DNA from: Candidatus Nomurabacteria bacterium
GTDB taxonomy: Bacteria; Patescibacteriota; Minisyncoccia; Phycocordibacterales; UBA918
Reading direction: 5' to 3'
DNA: 64,000 bases
NCBI GenBank assembly: GCA_020632015.1
Contig: JACKGI010000003.1
Location: 1,421 to 65,420, forward strand
The translations under genes were made by a program, and so were the position numbers. Position 1 is the first letter of the stretch. Every line of letters begins with the position of its first letter. The notes under the pieces are model-generated. The model was not told where the DNA came from. It ran no database searches and saw nothing but the letters and a program-made list of their open reading frames with translations. Below are positions 18,044 through 26,904 of this stretch, one piece after another.

Positions 18044-18676
18044 TTAATATTGGTTCTTGTATGAATACCCCAAAGGAACCTCATTGTGTCTTGGTTCCCA
18101 AACTTCAGAGTCTAACCACTCTCGATAAGCATCAAATACTGCTATGGCTACAGACTGCGGATTTTGACGTGAGGTGTCGATTACAAAATCAAAGTTGTTT
18201 TTGTTGTAAGGATCTACCCCGTACATAGCTTTAAATCTCGACTGTTCATTTAGCATTCTCTCTTTAACTTGTCTTGAGACGTCACTTAGAGAAGAAGAGC
18301 TGGTACCAACAGCCTTACGCATACTGTTGCTAACAGTGTCTTTAAAGATTCGTGCAGTAGCAATTTCTAAATCTAAATCCAAATACACTTTAAAAGATTC
18401 TGGTATCCAGTAGAACCCAAGTCTTGAATCAACCACAATATCTTTCTTGTCACGAAGTGCACGGAGTTGTTCGTCTACTTTGTCATCCAAATCGTGGTCT
18501 GTCTCCGCCTTTTGGTTGTACTCCTCAAGTGTCATGTGGCTTTTAGCAAGAATCTGCCTAACCATATCTCCTGAGGAGTGTCGGGTATAGTTTAAGAGCT
18601 CAGCCACCTTGTCAGCCGTTGAGGATTTTCCGCTTCCTGGCTTTCCGGAAAGGGTAATTATGTGTTTCTTTTTCAT
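18044..18676 (-). CDS. Cytidylate-kinase-like / (d)NMP kinase family P-loop protein
   Basis: P-loop ITLSGKPGSGKSST. Size and layout fit a small nucleotide kinase. Substrate unknown. Confidence 0.6.
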   Translation of the reverse strand: MKKKHIITLSGKPGSGKSSTADKVAELLNYTRHSSGDMVRQILAKSHMTLEEYNQKAETDHDLDDKVDEQLRALRDKKDIVVDSRLGFYWIPESFKVYLDLDLEIATARIFKDTVSNSMRKAVGTSSSSLSDVSRQVKERMLNEQSRFKAMYGVDPYNKNNFDFVIDTSRQNPQSVAIAVFDAYREWLDSEVWEPRHNEVPLGYSYKNQY

Positions 18677-18737
18677 GCGGTATTTAGCATATCATATTGT
18701 TGCGTGACAGGTAAAAAGTTGCTACTCTCTGTTAGCA

Positions 18738-19334
18738 ATGAATACAGATTTGACTGAAATACGCGGACACGTTGTGGTCGTCATGGCCCCAATGGGAAGC
18801 GGAAAAGGCACAATCATTAAAAGTGCTTTAGAAGAGTACCCGACCGTCTACGAGACGGTTTCTTGCACTTCTAGAGCAGTGCGACCGGGAGAGGTAGATG
18901 GTGTTCAATACCATTTTCTTTCTTTGGAAGCTTTTGATAAGAAAATAGAAGATGGAGAGTTTCTAGAATGGGCAGAATTTGCTGGACATAAGTACGGCAC
19001 GCTAAAAAGCGAAATTCTCCCGAAGCTAGCAGAAAAGCAAGTTGTGATAGTTGAGATAGAGCTACAGGGAGTAGAACAGTTGTTAGAACTTCTTCCTAGA
19101 GAACATATGACAATCACTTACATCGAAGCTGGTGGCTGGGAGGTGCTTCGGGCGCGCGCCGAAGCGCGCGCCCCAATGGGCGAAGAAGAAATGTCGGCAA
19201 GACACGATAGATTTTTAATCGAACAAAAAGCCAAACCAATCGCTGACGTAGTTATCGATAATAGCAATGATTTAGAATCAGCTTATTCAGAATTTAAGAC
19301 TGTAATTGAAGACGCTTTCAAGAAATGTAAATAA
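18738..19334 (+). CDS. gmk: Guanylate kinase
   Basis: GSGKGTI, CTSRAVRPGEVDGVQYHFLS, EWAEFAGHKYGT. Confidence 0.9.
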   Translation: MNTDLTEIRGHVVVVMAPMGSGKGTIIKSALEEYPTVYETVSCTSRAVRPGEVDGVQYHFLSLEAFDKKIEDGEFLEWAEFAGHKYGTLKSEILPKLAEKQVVIVEIELQGVEQLLELLPREHMTITYIEAGGWEVLRARAEARAPMGEEEMSARHDRFLIEQKAKPIADVVIDNSNDLESAYSEFKTVIEDAFKKCK

Positions 19335-19339
19335 TAAAT

Positions 19340-19939
19340 ATGAAACCAACCACAGTTATTTTTATTGGTCCACAAGGAAGTGGAAAGGGAACACAAATTG
19401 AACTCCTGTATAAAGTTATTTCTGAACAGGACCCACTTCGAAGAATCGTAGATATCCAAACGGGTCGTCGTTTTAGAGCTTTGTCAGCTAAGCGAGAAAC
19501 TTTTGCTGAGAGAAAAATTGAACAAACTCTAGACACAGGAATGTTGCAACCAGATTTTTTGACACACATTCTTTGGGGTCAGGCCATGCTTGATCAGTTG
19601 GATCCAAATAGTCATTTGTTGATTGATGGTTTTCCTCGCACTGTGAATCAGGCTCAGGTTCTTGAAGACGCTTTAGATTTTTTTGAGAGAGAAGATTTGC
19701 ATATAATCAACCTTGATACACCAGAAGAAATTGTTCGTAAAAGAATGCAAGAGCGGGCTAGGGATGATGATACTGAAGATTCGATAGAAACTAGACTCCG
19801 ATGGTATCGAGAGGATACTTTGCCGGTTTTGGATTACTACCGCGTTCGACCTGATACGTTTGTACATGATTTAGATGGAACAGATTCGATTGAGGGGGTT
19901 CATTCTCAAATTCTGAAGGCATTAAAATTACAAGACTAA
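19340..19939 (+). CDS. adk: Adenylate kinase (short form)
   Basis: IGPQGSGKGTQ, LIDGFPRTVNQA. Confidence 0.92.
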   Translation: MKPTTVIFIGPQGSGKGTQIELLYKVISEQDPLRRIVDIQTGRRFRALSAKRETFAERKIEQTLDTGMLQPDFLTHILWGQAMLDQLDPNSHLLIDGFPRTVNQAQVLEDALDFFEREDLHIINLDTPEEIVRKRMQERARDDDTEDSIETRLRWYREDTLPVLDYYRVRPDTFVHDLDGTDSIEGVHSQILKALKLQD

Positions 19940-19953
19940 ATCATACGACTTTT

Positions 19954-20724
19954 ATGATTAACAAAAAAACACCAGAAGAAATTGAGGCTTTAGGAGAAGC
20001 TGGTCATATTTTGGCTAAGATACTTAAAGAGTTGGCCAAAGAGGCTGTGGCAGGAGCAACCACCTTAGATATCGATGACAGAGCAATGGAGCTGGTAGAG
20101 GAATATGATGTTGAGCCTATTTTGCTTGGATACCACCCAGGTTTTGCTGATAGGCCGTACCCAGCAGCAGTTTGTGTGTCGGTAAATAACTGTGTTCAGC
20201 ACGGAATACCTTCTTCTGATGTAGTTTTGCATGAAGGCGATGTGGTTAATATCGATATGTCGATTGCTTATCAAGGTATGGTAGTAGATTCTGGACTTAC
20301 TGTTGGAGTGGGAGAAATTGATGACGAAGCTCGGCGACTATTAGCTTGTACTCAGGAAGCGCTTGCTCATGGCATTAAGGCAGCTCAACCGGGGGGACAT
20401 ATTGGTGACATTAGTGAAGCAGTACAAAAGTTTGTTGAGTCACGTGGCTTCTCAGTGGTAGAGGTTCTCTGTGGGCACGGAGTTGGTTATGAAATTCACG
20501 AAGAGCCGAACATTCCAAACTTTGGAAAGGCTGGGACAGGTCCAAAGATAGAAGTTGGACACGTATATGCCATTGAGCCGATTGTGAATGTTGGTAAGCC
20601 AGACGTTTTCTTCGATGACGAAGGCGACGGTTATAGTGTCTATACTGCTGACGAGTCATGGAGTGCTCATTTTGAGCATACTGTGGCTATTACAGAGGAT
20701 GGTCCAATCATTCTGACTAAATAA
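19954..20724 (+). CDS. map: Methionine aminopeptidase type I
   Basis: Pita-bread motifs (VCVSVNNCVQHGIP, GDVVNIDM, CGHGVGYEIHEEP). Confidence 0.95.
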   Translation: MINKKTPEEIEALGEAGHILAKILKELAKEAVAGATTLDIDDRAMELVEEYDVEPILLGYHPGFADRPYPAAVCVSVNNCVQHGIPSSDVVLHEGDVVNIDMSIAYQGMVVDSGLTVGVGEIDDEARRLLACTQEALAHGIKAAQPGGHIGDISEAVQKFVESRGFSVVEVLCGHGVGYEIHEEPNIPNFGKAGTGPKIEVGHVYAIEPIVNVGKPDVFFDDEGDGYSVYTADESWSAHFEHTVAITEDGPIILTK

Positions 20725-20783
20725 TTAGACCTTTAGTTTTAACAGTCTTTTTGCTATACTGCTCCCACTTTAATTTTATATTT

Positions 20784-21389
20784 ATGACAAAACATCCAAA
20801 TCAAGAACGCTCACTAGTTCTACTTAAGACTGACGCGGTACAACGTAGTTTGGTCGGAGAAATTATCAAGCGGTTTGAACAAACTGGTTTAAAAATCAGC
20901 GCACTTAAAATGGTTGAAGCGACAGAAGAACAACTTCTGAGTCACTATCACAAGGACGACGCTTGGTACCAAAAGAAAGGAGAAGGAATTGTAGAGGATC
21001 TAAAATCACAAGGAAAAGAAATAGAGAAGGAAGCTATCGAGTACGGCAAAGATATAATTCGAACTGTAGTTAAGTACATGCAGGCTAGTCCGATTGTCGC
21101 TTTAGTATTTGAAGGGAACAAGGCTACTTCAGTAGTAACAAAGATTGTTGGTTCAACCGAACCTTCGACTTCAGACGTGGGAACAATAAGAGGAGACTAC
21201 ACATTAGACTCATTTAGCCACGCTACTTACGAGAACCGAGCGGTACGAAACTTGGTTCATCAATCAGAATCTCCAGAAGAAGCGGAGCGAGAAATTGCTA
21301 TCTGGTTCAAGGATGATGAAATCATGAAGTATACAACTGCTCAAGAGAGAATTCTTTACGATGTAAATCTAGACGGAACTCCTGAATAG
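20784..21389 (+). CDS. ndk: Nucleoside diphosphate kinase (long form with insertion)
   Basis: ERSLVLLKTDAVQRSLVGEIIKRFE, GTIRGDY, NLVHQSESPEEAEREI. ATG at 20784 chosen. Confidence 0.88.
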   Translation: MTKHPNQERSLVLLKTDAVQRSLVGEIIKRFEQTGLKISALKMVEATEEQLLSHYHKDDAWYQKKGEGIVEDLKSQGKEIEKEAIEYGKDIIRTVVKYMQASPIVALVFEGNKATSVVTKIVGSTEPSTSDVGTIRGDYTLDSFSHATYENRAVRNLVHQSESPEEAEREIAIWFKDDEIMKYTTAQERILYDVNLDGTPE

Positions 21390-21407
21390 TTTTAGGATTT
21401 GTTATTA

Positions 21408-21441
21408 GACGGCCGGGCCCTTTGGGCCCGGCCGTTTTTCT
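21408..21441 (+). terminator. Terminator after ndk
   Basis: gacggccgggccc-tttg-ggcccggccgttttt. Confidence 0.8.
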
Positions 21442-21457
21442 GATACCATAATAAGTG

Positions 21458-21636
21458 GAATCATATTACGTATGTTCCGATTACGTATTTTAAGGGCTGT
21501 CGGAAGTCGTGCCTTGTGCCGAAGACCATCACGGGTCATCGAATAGTCGAGTCAGATAAGACGCCCACCTGATTTTTAATCGGGGGCATACGTTTGTGAT
21601 TCCTTAGAAAAGACACCCCCTCCAGGGTGTTTTTTC
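21458..21636 (+). ncRNA. Candidate small structured RNA: ~145-nt long hairpin followed by an intrinsic terminator
   Basis: 5' arm ggaatca...acgtatgttccgatta pairs with 3' arm taatcggggcatacgt...tgattcc: 7 bp plus 16 bp, including two G-U pairs. Terminator acaccc-cctcca-gggtgtTTTTTT at 21613-21636. No ORF in the interval. Confidence 0.3.
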
Positions 21637-21810
21637 TTGCTTGAGTAAATACCCGAAGGGTATATTACGAAAGTACGCCAGTAATCTGCTCCTTTCCTAG
21701 AGCAGATTATCGGTGTAAGTCTAACGCTCATATAGATCCTTTCCTTGATTAAAATCTGAGTATGACCAACAACTACTTCCTCCTTTGTAGGATATTGATA
21801 TACTTAACTT

Positions 21811-22263
21811 ATGAAAAATCTTAGAAATTTCTTGCTGCCGTTTAGTTTTTTTATTGTAATGGAATTCCTTGCTTATGATTGGCTTTATCCGAAAATGGGT
21901 GAACACAGCACAGAAGATTTTATTTCTGCAACTATAATTATTTCTATTACATCAATAATAATATTAATTTTTCAACTAAACACAAAAGAAAGTCCTAGAA
22001 GAAAAAGACATACAGTAATCCAGTATGTAGTATCTGCCTTGGTTTTGATCCCTAATATGTGGGACACAGGGTCAATCGGTTTAGGTATATGGATGGCTTG
22101 GTTATTTCTTACTTTTATTCTTACTCCAATTAACATTTTATTCTATGATGAAGGGGTGTACTCTTCTATTTGGAGAAATGTGTTTAAAAAAGAAATACCG
22201 AAACCTCTTTTTTACGTTGTCTCAGCTGGATTAATCATTTACTTACTAAAAGAACTAATTTAA
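21811..22263 (+). CDS. Hypothetical integral membrane protein (150 aa)
   Basis: Four or more hydrophobic segments. No family recognised. Confidence 0.6.
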   Translation: MKNLRNFLLPFSFFIVMEFLAYDWLYPKMGEHSTEDFISATIIISITSIIILIFQLNTKESPRRKRHTVIQYVVSALVLIPNMWDTGSIGLGIWMAWLFLTFILTPINILFYDEGVYSSIWRNVFKKEIPKPLFYVVSAGLIIYLLKELI

Positions 22264-22305
22264 CGTCTTTAAACAAGATAGAGTCAAAACTGTATTCTAT
22301 ATAAT

Positions 22306-22677
22306 ATGCCCCACAAGCGAATAATCCTATTTTTGATACTTTCAGTCGCTTTCGCGACAACCCATTACTTTGCTGGACTAGCTTCATTGTATTGGTATTT
22401 CTGGTGGTTTGATATTTTGATGCATTTTTGGGGAGGTATTTTGATTGGGTTAGGAGTGCATGTTTTTGGTTCATTTAGTGTGATTAGTATAAGACCAAAT
22501 CTTCTTCAGTTATTAGTAACGATTGCAATGGTTACTCTTTCGTGGGAAATCTTTGAGCGCGTCTATGGCTTATACAATCCTGATGGATATATATTAGATA
22601 CTGTAATTGATATTTCGTTGGGCTTCAGCGGGGGATTACTCGCACATGCTATCCTGCGTAGATATACAATGAAATAA
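22306..22677 (+). CDS. Hypothetical integral membrane protein (123 aa)
   Basis: Hydrophobic, Trp-rich segments. Confidence 0.6.
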   Translation: MPHKRIILFLILSVAFATTHYFAGLASLYWYFWWFDILMHFWGGILIGLGVHVFGSFSVISIRPNLLQLLVTIAMVTLSWEIFERVYGLYNPDGYILDTVIDISLGFSGGLLAHAILRRYTMK

Positions 22678-22678
22678 T

Positions 22679-24040
22679 ATGAGTTCGACATTAGGTTTTT
22701 ATGGAGGGGTAGGTTCAGTGACGGGAGCAAATTTCATGCTTGATACAGGTAGGCTGGCTATCTTGGTAGATTGTGGTTTGGTACAAGGTGATAAATTCGC
22801 ACAAGAAATAAATGCCAAGGATTTTGCTTATGATCCTTCACATGTAGATGTGTTGTTTGTTACTCACGCGCACGCTGACCACATTGGACGTATACCAAAG
22901 CTGGTAAAAGATGGCTTTAGGGGCCTTATTTATTCGACCACTCCAACAAAAGACTTGGCAACGATAATGTTTGATGACGCTCTCCACATAATGGAGTATG
23001 AAGCCAAGCGAGATGATAGAAAGCCACTATTTAGTCAAAATGATATTGATTTAGCTTTGTCACTATGGAAGACGACTGGCTATCACGAAGAGATAAAGCT
23101 CGAAGATGACGTGACGGCTATTTTTACTGATGCTGGACATATTCTTGGTTCAGCAATGGTGCAACTGACGCGCGACGGCAAAAAAGTTGTGTTCACTGGC
23201 GATGTTGGGAATGTACCTCAGCCTCTTCTAGGTCGCCCTGAAGTGCCGGTTGGTTATGACTATATGGTAATGGAAAGTGTGTACGGAGATAGGGTGCACG
23301 AAGAAGTAGAGGAGAGAACAGCCATTCTCCAACACTACATTGAAGAGACAATTAGAAAGCAAGGAACTCTCATTATTCCAGCCTTTTCTCTTGAGAGAAC
23401 CCAAGGAATATTATTTGAAATAAATAATATGATTGAATCTGGTGCGGTGCCACCAATTAAAACTTATCTAGATTCACCGCTAGCGATTCGGGTAACCGAT
23501 GTCTATAGAAATTCAAATGAATATCTAAAACCAGAAGTCCAAGATCAGATAGAGGCAGGGGACGACATCTTTTCTTTCGAAGGTCTGTCATTTACAGAAA
23601 CAATGAAAGAGTCTAGTCAGATAGCCAAGTTTGGCGGACCAAAGATTATCATCGCTGGTTCTGGTATGAGTCATGGTGGAAGAATCCGTCAGCATGAAAA
23701 ACAATTTTTAGGCGATGCCAACACCACTCTTCTTTTGGTTGGTTATCAAACCGTTGGCAGTGTTGGGAGGTTGCTTCAAGATGGTGCCAAGCAAGTTTTT
23801 ATTGATAAAGTAGCAGTGAGGGTGAAGGCACAGGTAGCAACAATTCGCGGATTCTCAGGTCATGCTGACCGCAATCAGCTAATAGACTTGGTCTATGGAG
23901 GCTGTAAGGACGCTAAGCAGGTGTTTGTGACAATGGGGGAGGAAAAGGCTTCATTGTTCCTTACACAGCGTCTCAGAGACTATCTTGGAGTAAATGCAAT
24001 TGCACCAGAAGCTAACGCTGAAGTGGAAATAGATTTCTAG
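22679..24040 (+). CDS. MBL-fold metallo-hydrolase of the beta-CASP (RNase J / CPSF-like) type
   Basis: HAHADHIGRIP motif, later DAGH and GDVGN, C-terminal FSGHAD (beta-CASP motif C region). Confidence 0.8.
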   Translation: MSSTLGFYGGVGSVTGANFMLDTGRLAILVDCGLVQGDKFAQEINAKDFAYDPSHVDVLFVTHAHADHIGRIPKLVKDGFRGLIYSTTPTKDLATIMFDDALHIMEYEAKRDDRKPLFSQNDIDLALSLWKTTGYHEEIKLEDDVTAIFTDAGHILGSAMVQLTRDGKKVVFTGDVGNVPQPLLGRPEVPVGYDYMVMESVYGDRVHEEVEERTAILQHYIEETIRKQGTLIIPAFSLERTQGILFEINNMIESGAVPPIKTYLDSPLAIRVTDVYRNSNEYLKPEVQDQIEAGDDIFSFEGLSFTETMKESSQIAKFGGPKIIIAGSGMSHGGRIRQHEKQFLGDANTTLLLVGYQTVGSVGRLLQDGAKQVFIDKVAVRVKAQVATIRGFSGHADRNQLIDLVYGGCKDAKQVFVTMGEEKASLFLTQRLRDYLGVNAIAPEANAEVEIDF

Positions 24041-24044
24041 TTTT

Positions 24045-24857
24045 ATGGAAAAATTTGGTAGTTCAAATGAATCGTCTGAAGGATTAAGAGGTTATGCAAG
24101 ATCAGAAAGAATTACAATCAACGACAGTTCGGATTTGGAGTTATTAAAAGTTAAGCATACTTCCGAAACCCTTGAAAGCTATCGAAATGAGATAGAAGTT
24201 TTTGTGTCTGAAGCCAGTGTTCTGGTCAGTGAGATGGTGGTTCTACCAGAGGATATAGACGAAAATTCACAGGAGATAGAGAGGTTTTATAGTGAAATTA
24301 CTAAAATGGCTATGGAAAGTGGAATCCCAGTACATGTTGCTGACCCAGAAAGGAGATTTTCTCAAGCCCTCATAAATAGATGTGTTTCAATTGCTCCTGG
24401 GATAGCAGCTGTAGGTTCAGGTGGTTACTTGGCTCGGAAACTGTATAGTATTGCAGAAAATCTGCATAATACAAAAAACAACAAAAAGGATGAGCCGGTA
24501 ATGTCCCGTAGAAGTTTTTTAAAGATGGGTGCGGCAGCCGGAGTTACTGCCTTAGGCGGTGCTCATATGTTGGCGAGTTTGTTAGAGGAGATGCGTATAA
24601 GTAAAGAAAAAGGTGATTTATTAGAGTCCGTTTTATTAGACTCCTTAGATTACCGCAATGCACTAGTTGCTAAAAAAATTATTGAATTATCTGCATCGTA
24701 TCAAAAGGTATCATCGGTATACGGCGGAGCCCACGCGCCAGGAATTAGAAAGTATTTGTCAGACCCAGAAATGCTTGAAGAGAAACTTTTGACTTACTCT
24801 AAAACATTTGGGCTATTTAATGATGAAGAACCGATAGAGTATGATTTTGCTAAATAA
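24045..24857 (+). CDS. Hypothetical protein (270 aa) with internal twin-arginine-like hydrophobic segment
   Basis: ORF. MSRRSFLKMGAAAGVTALGGAH at about residues 152-173. Confidence 0.55.
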   Translation: MEKFGSSNESSEGLRGYARSERITINDSSDLELLKVKHTSETLESYRNEIEVFVSEASVLVSEMVVLPEDIDENSQEIERFYSEITKMAMESGIPVHVADPERRFSQALINRCVSIAPGIAAVGSGGYLARKLYSIAENLHNTKNNKKDEPVMSRRSFLKMGAAAGVTALGGAHMLASLLEEMRISKEKGDLLESVLLDSLDYRNALVAKKIIELSASYQKVSSVYGGAHAPGIRKYLSDPEMLEEKLLTYSKTFGLFNDEEPIEYDFAK

Positions 24858-24872
24858 AGTATAAGAAAAGAT

Positions 24873-25340
24873 ATGTACAACCATGAACCTGCAAATTACG
24901 AATGTCCACTATGTATAGTTTCGTCGGGCGGGGAAACTGAATACAATAAGCAGTCAGACATAGTATTTGAAAATGATGATGTTTTAGCCTTTGTTTCCCC
25001 TAAGTGGTGGGTGAACAACCCAGGTAACATTATGGTTATCCCTAAAGAACATGTTGAGAACATATATGATATTTCAGACGAGCTTTTAGCTAAAGTACAA
25101 GTTGTTGGTAAGAAAGTTGCTTTGGCTATGAAAGAGGTCTATAGATGTGACGCTACCTCCTTCCGTCAACATAATGAGCCGGTTGGTAATCAAGATGTTT
25201 GGCACTATCACCTACACGTTTTTCCAAGATGGGAAGGAGATGATTTATACATAAATCACAAAAATAAATCATTTGTTGAAGCTGAGAAGAGAGAGGTGTA
25301 CGCAAAAAAACTTAGGGTATATTTTAATAATAATAAATAA
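24873..25340 (+). CDS. HIT-family nucleotide hydrolase/transferase
   Basis: Histidine triad HYHLHVFPR. Confidence 0.85.
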   Translation: MYNHEPANYECPLCIVSSGGETEYNKQSDIVFENDDVLAFVSPKWWVNNPGNIMVIPKEHVENIYDISDELLAKVQVVGKKVALAMKEVYRCDATSFRQHNEPVGNQDVWHYHLHVFPRWEGDDLYINHKNKSFVEAEKREVYAKKLRVYFNNNK

Positions 25341-25372
25341 AACCGCTGGCCTTAGGGCCAGCGGTTTTTTGT
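25338..25372. terminator. Bidirectional terminator (HIT gene / rplT)
   Basis: aaaaccgctggcc-ttag-ggccagcggtttttt. Confidence 0.8.
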
Positions 25373-25385
25373 TGGAGTATGAAAC

Positions 25386-25733
25386 TTATTTTGAAGCCTC
25401 TGCAACAACTCGATCAAATGCTTCTGGATTTTCAACTGCTAGAGTAGCAAGAATCTTTCGGTCGATTTCGATATTCTTATCCTTTAGAGCCTTGATAAAC
25501 CGGCTGTACTTGATGCCATGTGACATAAGTGCTGCGTTGATTCGGACAGTCCAGAGACGACGGAAGTCGTTCTTCTTGTCTTTTCGGTGAGCAAAAGCGT
25601 AAGTCTGAGCGTGATAAATAGCTTCACGAGCTTGCTTCTTTTTTGTTGAGCGACCGAACCGATATCCTTTTACTTCAGCAAGAATATTTTTTCGACGCTT
25701 TTGGGCCATTAAGCCTCCTTTTACACGTGCCAT
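25386..25733 (-). CDS. rplT: 50S ribosomal protein bL20
   Basis: MARVKGGLMAQKRRKNIL... Confidence 0.96.
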   Translation of the reverse strand: MARVKGGLMAQKRRKNILAEVKGYRFGRSTKKKQAREAIYHAQTYAFAHRKDKKNDFRRLWTVRINAALMSHGIKYSRFIKALKDKNIEIDRKILATLAVENPEAFDRVVAEASK

Positions 25734-25756
25734 ATTAATTCGTTACAGATTGATAA

Positions 25757-25948
25757 TTAAGCGCCTGTCTTTGGAAGGAATCGACGTGTGATTCGCTTGC
25801 TCATAGTTAGAAGCTGAGTACGCTTTCGACGTAGTCGCTGCTGACCAGTTTGGCGGGCATTGAAGTGGTTTTGACCAGGTCGACGAGCAACTAACTTGCC
25901 GTTCTTGGTTACTTTAATGCGCTTAGTAAATGATTTATTTGTTTTCAT
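25757..25948 (-). CDS. rpmI: 50S ribosomal protein bL35
   Basis: MKTNKSFTKRIKVTKNGKLVARRPGQNH. Internal ATG at 25948 is preferred over the ORF start at 25978. Confidence 0.9.
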   Translation of the reverse strand: MKTNKSFTKRIKVTKNGKLVARRPGQNHFNARQTGQQRLRRKRTQLLTMSKRITRRFLPKTGA

Positions 25949-26095
25949 AGTAGATTTTTTTGATCGGGCTTGTGTCACAGGGAAATGACAAAGTGGGCAA
26001 AATATACAGTATTTAGGGTCAAAAGTCCAGTAAATTTAGAGATGATAAGGAATAAAAAGTACACCAGACTCAATCTGTGCTAGATTACTAACGAT

Positions 26096-26866
26096 ATGAA
26101 ACAATTTATTAAAGAAACTCTTGAACAAGCTGGAGACGAGATAATGAAGTTTTATGGCTCTAGAGAGGTGTTATATACAAAAGAAAATGTTTCAGATGTA
26201 GTTACCAAGGCTGATTTGGCTTCGAATCGCATCATTGTTGAAGCTATAAAAGAAAAATTTCCAGACCACGGAATTGTGTCTGAGGAGGATGAAGGTTATC
26301 AAATAACTGCAGACAACCTCTGGTACATAGACCCGTTAGACGGAACAAGAAATTTTTCAACTACAGTGCCACTTTTTGGAATCAATATCTCGATGGCCAA
26401 TAATGGGGTCGTAACTCATGCGGCAATTTACCAGCCGATAACTAAAGAGTTTGTTTATGCTGAGGTAGGGCAGGGAACTTTTCTGAATGGTGAGAAGGTA
26501 ACTTTTTCTAAAGTAGAGAAATGGGAAAATTCATACGGTCTTACACCAATTAGCCCATCTTTGGAAACAGATGCGGTTAAACAAAAAATTTATGAGTTAT
26601 CAAATAAAACTGCTTGGATGAACTCGTTGGCTAGTTCAGCAGTTGCTGGTGCCTTGGTGTCTACTGGTAGAAGAGATTGGTATTTTACTCCTAATAGCAA
26701 TACTTGGGATTTGGCAGCCAATTCCTTAATCGCGAAAGAAGCAGGGGCAGTTGTAACTAATCTCGCTGGAGAAGACTATAAGCCAGGGGACCAAGGTTTA
26801 GTTATTGCAAACGAAACTCTTCATCCAAAATTATTGGAAATCGTCAAAAACGGATACGGGGTATAA
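26096..26866 (+). CDS. Inositol monophosphatase family protein (SuhB/CysQ-like)
   Basis: WYIDPLDGTRNF and WDLAA motifs. Confidence 0.85.
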   Translation: MKQFIKETLEQAGDEIMKFYGSREVLYTKENVSDVVTKADLASNRIIVEAIKEKFPDHGIVSEEDEGYQITADNLWYIDPLDGTRNFSTTVPLFGINISMANNGVVTHAAIYQPITKEFVYAEVGQGTFLNGEKVTFSKVEKWENSYGLTPISPSLETDAVKQKIYELSNKTAWMNSLASSAVAGALVSTGRRDWYFTPNSNTWDLAANSLIAKEAGAVVTNLAGEDYKPGDQGLVIANETLHPKLLEIVKNGYGV

Positions 26867-26900
26867 AAACAGGCGGGACCTTCGGTCCCGCCTGTTTTTA
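26865..26900. terminator. Bidirectional terminator (IMPase / infC)
   Basis: aaaaacaggcgggacc-ttcg-gtcccgcctgttttt. Confidence 0.8.
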
Positions 26901-26904
26901 TATC

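Noticed and set aside
19135-19180. GC-rich palindrome gcttcgggcgcgcgccgaagc inside gmk, sharing gccgaagcgcgcg with repeat Y, considered as a possible MITE/REP element
   Set aside because: It is in frame and encodes the Arg/Ala-rich helix (LRARAEARAP) expected at this position of guanylate kinase. The 13-nt match to Y is most simply coincidence between GC-rich strings.
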